DNA from: Eledone cirrhosa
Taxonomy: Eukaryota
Direction: 5' to 3'
Length of the DNA: 64,000 nucleotides
NCBI GenBank assembly: GCA_964016885.1
Contig: OZ024743.1
Coordinates: 79,608,001 to 79,672,000, forward strand
Part shown: positions 57,177 to 64,000 of the stretch, in pieces
Position numbering within the stretch: the stretch's first letter is position 1
How the letters are laid out: the number at the start of each line of letters is the position of its first letter
The notes under the pieces: model-generated
Seen by the model: only the letters and a program-made list of their open reading frames with translations
What the model was told of the DNA's origin: nothing
Database searches by the model: none
Program-made: the position numbers and the translations under genes

Positions 57177-58277
57177 TTTCATAGTTTATATTCTATTCTA
57201 TGTTTTAGGTTGGTAAAACTAATTCTACACACGTTTTCTTTTCAAGAAATTAAATTCTCTACCATTTACTGATAGTAACAACAACAACAATAACACCACC
57301 AGCACCACCACTACCACCAAGACCCTCCCACCAGTAACACCCACCCACCACTACGACGACGACGACCACCACCACCATCACCACCACTACCACCAAGACG
57401 ACCCCCCCCCCACTACGATGACGACGACGACCACCACCACCACCACCATCACCACTATACCCCCCCACAACCCCCCCCATCACCACCACCACCACTACCA
57501 CCACAACCAGCACCACCACCACCACCACCATTACCACCACCACCACCACCACCATTTATTATAAGATATCGATTAGATACAGTTCTACCGTACATTTATT
57601 GGATATCAAGAGATCTCTCTGATACTTTAATACCACGACTGTGTGTGTGTGTGTGAGTGAGTGTGAGAGAGAGAGTGTGTGTGTGTTTGTGTGGGAGAGA
57701 GAGTGTGTGAGTGTGTGTGTGTGCGAATGTATGAGAGAGTGTGTGTGTGTGTGTGAGTGTGTGAGAGAGAGAGTGTGTGTGTGCGTGTGAGAGAGAGAGT
57801 GTGTGCGAGTGTGGTGTGTGAGTGTGTGTGTGAGTGTGTGTGTTTGTCAGTATGTGTGTGAGTGTGTGTGTGTGTGTAAGTATGTGTGTGAGTGTTTGTG
57901 TGTGTGTAAGTGTGTGTGTGTGTGTGTGTCGGTTCAAAGGGACAAACTAGAGTCATGCTGAATCTCCCTGAGCATTGTGTTTAAGGCACACGTGTTTGTG
58001 GAATATGTAACTAATGGGATTTCTGTGGGAAATCTCTTACGTTGTGTAAAGAGATATATATATATGTATATACATGTATATATATTTATATATGTATATA
58101 TGTATAGCGTCTAAAATAACGTTTTTTCAAACATGTACCTCAACCTCATTTACATATTCATTTGCATACTCATCTTAACAATTTTGAAAAATCTGTCTTT
58201 AAGTCCACTATCCAAGGAAAACTTGAACCGTTAAGGTTTGTTCCTTGCCTATGTCAATATTTATAAAACACACTTCG

Positions 58278-58338
58278 TATTTTATCTGATGAGGACGTAC
58301 CAAAGTTTTGGTACCCTTGAAATATATATAATAGAACA
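58278..58338 (+). ncRNA. Type I hammerhead ribozyme (same family as 49867-49932)
   Basis: TATTTTAT-CTGATGA-GGACGTACCAAA gt TTTGGTACCCTT-GAAA-TATATA-TA-ATAGAACA. Confidence 0.7.
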
Positions 58339-58456
58339 AATATGGTTTTATAAATATTTAATAAAATGTATATATGAATATATGTATATATGTATATATG
58401 TATATAATATATATGTATATATGAATATATGTATATATGTATATATGTATATATAT

Positions 58457-61400
58457 ATGTAAGTATGCATGTATACGTACATACATATATGTATACAGAC
58501 GTACAGTAGCATGCACATATATATATATATATACATATATACATACATGTGCATACAGGTACACATACATACATGCACGTATCAGTTTAGCGGCGCCAAC
58601 GTCGCTTTGTTCGTTTGTAAACAAACTGAACAGCCTGAATTTATGCCATACGGTGTTAAGGCAACCACGTCACCTTTTTGTTCAACACTGACACAGGAAC
58701 GATGTACTAGTTTCAAGCTTGTTAGCTATCATCAGCACCGTTTACCCATCTGCCAGATAGTTGAACGTTCGAAAGTATATACTTTCCTTATGAAAATTAA
58801 CGGCTGAGCAGCCTAATTTGCATATTGAGTGAGTTAAATCGGTCAGGCATACCGAAAACGATAAATTGAAACAAAATGAAAATGAAATTTCATTTCTCAC
58901 TCTTAGTATGGCACTTACTTAAATGTAAGTATGCATGTATACGTACATACATATATGTATACAGACGTACAGTAGCATGCACATATATATATATATATAC
59001 ATATATACATACATGTGCATACAGGTACACATACATACATGCACGTATCAGTTTAGCGGCGCCAACGTCGCTTTGTTCGTTTGTAAACAAACTGAACAGC
59101 CTGAATTTATGCCATACGGTGTTAAGGCAACCACGTCACCTTTTTGTTCAACACTGACACAGGAACGATGTACTAGTTTCAAGCTTGTTAGCTATCATCA
59201 GCACCGTTTACCCATCTGCCAGATAGTTGAACGTTCGAAAGTATATACTTTCCTTATGAAAATTAACGGCTGAGCAGCCTAATTTGCATATTGAGTGAGT
59301 TAAATCGGTCAGGCATACCGAAAACGATAAATTGAAACAAAATGAAAATGAAATTTCATTTCTCACTCTTAGTATGGCACTTACTTAAATGTAAGTATGC
59401 ATGTATACGTACATACATATATGTATACAGACGTACAGTAGCATGCACATATATATATATATATACATATATACATACATGTGCATACAGGTACACGTAC
59501 ATACATGCACGTATCAGTTTAGCGGCGCCAACGTCGCTTTGTTCGTTTGTAAACAAACTGAACAGCCTGAATTTATGCCATACGGTGTTAAGGCAACCAC
59601 GTCACCTTTTTGTTCAACACTGACACAGGAACGATGTACTAGTTTCAAGCTTGTTAGCTATCATCAGCACCGTTTACCCATCTGCCAGATAGTTGAACGT
59701 TCGAAAGTATATACTTTCCTTATGAAAATTAACGGCTGAGCAGCCTAATTTGCATATTGAGTGAGTTAAATCGGTCAGGCATACCGAAAACGATAAATTG
59801 AAACAAAATGAAAATGAAATTTCATTTCTCACTCTTAGTATGGCACTTACTTAAATGTAAGTATGCATGTATACGTACATACATATATGTATACAGACGT
59901 ACAGTAGCATGCACATATATATATATATATACATATATACATACATGTGCATACAGGTACACATACATACATGCACGTATCAGTTTAGCGGCGCCAACGT
60001 CGCTTTGTTCGTTTGTAAACAAACTGAACAGCCTGAATTTATGCCATACGGTGTTAAGGCAACCACGTCACCTTTTTGTTCAACACTGACACAGGAACGA
60101 TGTACTAGTTTCAAGCTTGTTAGCTATCATCAGCACCGTTTACCCATCTGCCAGATAGTTGAACGTTCGAAAGTATATACTTTCCTTATGAAAATTAACG
60201 GCTGAGCAGCCTAATTTGCATATTGAGTGAGTTAAATCGGTCAGGCATACCGAAAACGATAAATTGAAACAAAATGAAAATGAAATTTCATTTCTCACTC
60301 TTAGTATGGCACTTACTTAAATGTAAGTATGCATGTATACGTACATACATATATGTATACAGACGTACAGTAGCATGCACATATATATATATATATACAT
60401 ATATACATACATGTGCATACAGGTACACATACATACATGCACGTATCAGTTTAGCGGCGCCAACGTCGCTTTGTTCGTTTGTAAACAAACTGAACAGCCT
60501 GAATTTATGCCATACGGTGTTAAGGCAACCACGTCACCTTTTTGTTCAACACTGACACAGGAACGATGTACTAGTTTCAAGCTTGTTAGCTATCATCAGC
60601 ACCGTTTACCCATCTGCCAGATAGTTGAACGTTCGAAAGTATATACTTTCCTTATGAAAATTAACGGCTGAGCAGCCTAATTTGCATATTGAGTGAGTTA
60701 AATCGGTCAGGCATACCGAAAACGATAAATTGAAACAAAATGAAAATGAAATTTCATTTCTCACTCTTAGTATGGCACTTACTTAAATGTAAGTATGCAT
60801 GTATACGTACATACATATATGTATACAGACGTACAGTAGCATGCACATATATATATATATATACATATATACATACATGTGCATACAGGTACACATACAT
60901 ACATGCACGTATCAGTTTAGCGGCGCCAACGTCGCTTTGTTCGTTTGTAAACAAACTGAACAGCCTGAATTTATGCCATACGGTGTTAAGGCAACCACGT
61001 CACCTTTTTGTTCAACACTGACACAGGAACGATGTACTAGTTTCAAGCTTGTTAGCTATCATCAGCACCGTTTACCCATCTGCCAGATAGTTGAACGTTC
61101 GAAAGTATATACTTTCCTTATGAAAATTAACGGCTGAGCAGCCTAATTTGCATATTGAGTGAGTTAAATCGGTCAGGCATACCGAAAACGATAAATTGAA
61201 ACAAAATGAAAATGAAATTTCATTTCTCACTCTTAGTATGGCACTTACTTAAATGTAAGTATGCATGTATACGTACATACATATATGTATACAGACGTAC
61301 AGTAGCATGCACATATATATATATATATACATATATACATACATGTGCATACAGGTACACATACATACATGCACGTATCAGTTTAGCGGCGCCAACGTCG

Positions 61401-62351
61401 CTTTGTTCGTTTGTAAACAAACTGAACAGCCTGAATTTATGCCATACGGTGTTAAGGCAACCACGTCACCTTTTTGTTCAACACTGACACAGGAACGATG
61501 TACTAGTTTCAAGCTTGTTAGCTATCATCAGCACCGTTTACCCATCTGCCAGATAGTTGAACGTTCGAAAGTATATACTTTCCTTATGAAAATTAACGGC
61601 TGAGCAGCCTAATTTGCATATTGAGTGAGTTAAATCGGTCAGGCATACCGAAAACGATAAATTGAAACAAAATGAAAATGAAATTTCATTTCTCACTCTT
61701 AGTATGGCACTTACTTAAATGTAAGTATGCATGTATACGTACATACATATATGTATACAGACGTACAGTAGCATGCACATATATATATATATATACATAT
61801 ATACATACATGTGCATACAGGTACACATACATACATGCACGTATCAGTTTAGCGGCGCCAACGTCGCTTTGTTCGTTTGTAAACAAACTGAACAGCCTGA
61901 ATTTATGCCATACGGTGTTAAGGCAACCACGTCACCTTTTTGTTCAACACTGACACAGGAACGATGTACTAGTTTCAAGCTTGTTAGCTATCATCAGCAC
62001 CGTTTACCCATCTGCCAGATAGTTGAACGTTCGAAAGTATATACTTTCCTTATGAAAATTAACGGCTGAGCAGCCTAATTTGCATATTGAGTGAGTTAAA
62101 TCGGTCAGGCATACCGAAAACGATAAATTGAAACAAAATGAAAATGAAATTTCATTTCTCACTCTTAGTATGGCACTTACTTAAATGTAAGTATGCATGT
62201 ATACGTACATACATATATGTATACAGACGTACAGTAGCATGCACATATATATATATATATACATATATACATACATGTGCATACAGGTACACATACATAC
62301 ATGCACGTATCAGTTTAGCGGCGCCAACGTCGCTTTGTTCGTTTGTAAACA
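58457..62351 (-). mobile_element. 466-bp tandem array (~8.4 units), candidate retrozyme, left arm
   Basis: Exact 466-bp period (ORF track recurs at 58469, 58935, 59401...). One hammerhead per unit on the minus strand at 58698, 59164, 59630, 60096, 60562, 61028, 61494 and 61960. Confidence 0.9.
58698..58742 (-). ncRNA. Minimal type I hammerhead ribozyme (representative of 8 minus-strand copies)
   Basis: AACGGTG-CTGATGA-T-AGCT aaca AGCT-T-GAAA-CTAG-TA^CATCGTT: 7-bp stem I, intact core, palindromic stem III ACTAGT, GUA cleavage triplet. Confidence 0.88.
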
Positions 62352-62377
62352 TACTTACATTTAAGTAAGTGCATACT

Positions 62378-64000
62378 TGCATACTTACATTTAAGTAAGT
62401 GCCATACTAAGAGTGAGAAATGAAATTTCATTTTCATTTTGTTTCAATTTATCGTTTTCGGTATGCCTGACCGATTTAACTCACTCAATATGCAAATTAG
62501 GCTGCTCAGCCGTTAATTTTCATAAGGAAAGTATATACTTTCGAACGTTCAACTATCTGGCAGATGGGTAAACGGTGCTGATGATAGCTAACAAGCTTGA
62601 AACTAGTACATCGTTCCTGTGTCAGTGTTGAACAAAAAGGTGACGTGGTTGCCTTAACACCGTATGGCATAAATTCAGGCTGTTCAGTTTGTTTACAAAC
62701 GAACAAAGCGACGTTGGCGCCGCTAAACTGATACGTGCATGTATGTATGTGTACCTGTATGCACATGTATGTATATATGTATATATATATATATATGTGC
62801 ATGCTACTGTACGTCTGTATACATATATGTATGTACGTATACATGCATACTTACATTTAAGTAAGTGCCATACTAAGAGTGAGAAATGAAATTTCATTTT
62901 CATTTTGTTTCAATTTATCGTTTTCGGTATGCCTGACCGATTTAACTCACTCAATATGCAAATTAGGCTGCTCAGCCGTTAATTTTCATAAGGAAAGTAT
63001 ATACTTTCGAACGTTCAACTATCTGGCAGATGGGTAAACGGTGCTGATGATAGCTAACAAGCTTGAAACTAGTACATCGTTCCTGTGTCAGTGTTGAACA
63101 AAAAGGTGACGTGGTTGCCTTAACACCGTATGGCATAAATTCAGGCTGTTCAGTTTGTTTACAAACGAACAAAGCGACGTTGGCGCCGCTAAACTGATAC
63201 GTGCATGTATGTATGTGTACCTGTATGCACATGTATGTATATATGTATATATATATATATATGTGCATGCTACTGTACGTCTGTATACATATATGTATGT
63301 ACGTATACATGCATACTTACATTTAAGTAAGTGCCATACTAAGAGTGAGAAATGAAATTTCATTTTCATTTTGTTTCAATTTATCGTTTTCGGTATGCCT
63401 GACCGATTTAACTCACTCAATATACAAATTAGGCTGCTCAGCCGTTAATTTTCATAAGGAAAGTATATACTTTCGAACGTTCAACTATCTGGCAGATGGG
63501 TAAACGGTGCTGATGATAGCTAACAAGCTTGAAACTAGTACATCGTTCCTGTGTCAGTGTTGAACAAAAAGGTGACGTGGTTGCCTTAACACCGTATGGC
63601 ATAAATTCAGGCTGTTCAGTTTGTTTACAAACGAACAAAGCGACGTTGGCGCCGCTAAACTGATACGTGCATGTATGTATGTGTACCTGTATGCACATGT
63701 ATGTATATATGTATATATATATATATATGTGCATGCTACTGTACGTCTGTATACATATATGTATGTACGTATACATGCATACTTACATTTAAGTAAGTGC
63801 CATACTAAGAGTGAGAAATGAAATTTCATTTTCATTTTGTTTCAATTTATCGTTTTCGGTATGCCTGACCGATTTAACTCACTCAATATGCAAATTAGGC
63901 TGCTCAGCCGTTAATTTTCATAAGGAAAGTATATACTTTCGAACGTTCAACTATCTGGCAGATGGGTAAACGGTGCTGATGATAGCTAACAAGCTTGAAA
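62378..64000 (+). mobile_element. 466-bp tandem array, inverted right arm (at least 3.5 units, runs off the window)
   Basis: Reverse complement of the left arm. Hammerheads on the plus strand at 62571, 63037, 63503 and 63969 (cut by the window end). Confidence 0.9.
62571..62615 (+). ncRNA. Minimal type I hammerhead ribozyme (representative plus-strand copy)
   Basis: AACGGTGCTGATGATAGCTAACAAGCTTGAAACTAGTACATCGTT. Confidence 0.88.

Noticed and set aside
58749-58787. Second, opposite-strand hammerhead in the 466-bp unit (GAAA-GTATATAC-TT palindrome)
   Set aside because: The upstream CTGCCAGA does not match CUGANGA and stem I does not form, so ambisense ribozymes are not supported.
58437-63835. 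Repeated 66-112-aa ORFs in the 466-bp units
   Set aside because: Partly microsatellite-derived and without recognisable motifs; they recur only because the unit repeats.

Overview
AT-rich, microsatellite-dense animal genomic DNA; the SINE types and repeat style suggest an octopod cephalopod (inference). No host protein-coding gene can be firmly called. 1-10.4 kb is a tandemly duplicated tRNA-Lys(CTT) cluster whose repeat unit also carries a CRE-like RT fragment and a head-to-head SINE hairpin. A non-coding LTR element with 553-bp LTRs sits at the 3' end of one tRNA. The middle holds minisatellites, LINE relics (CR1, Tx1, RTE, R4/Dong-like) and two tail-to-tail Penelope-like (Neptune-type) elements. 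The strongest signal is at 58.4-64 kb: a near-perfect 466-bp tandem array, inverted head-to-head at about 62.36 kb, in which every unit carries an intact-looking minimal type I hammerhead ribozyme, i.e. a candidate retrozyme/circular-RNA replicon. Several other hammerhead-like motifs and fold-back elements lie next to (TA)n tracts, pointing to a wider Penelope-dependent ribozyme system. All ribozyme folds were read by eye and need computational and biochemical testing.
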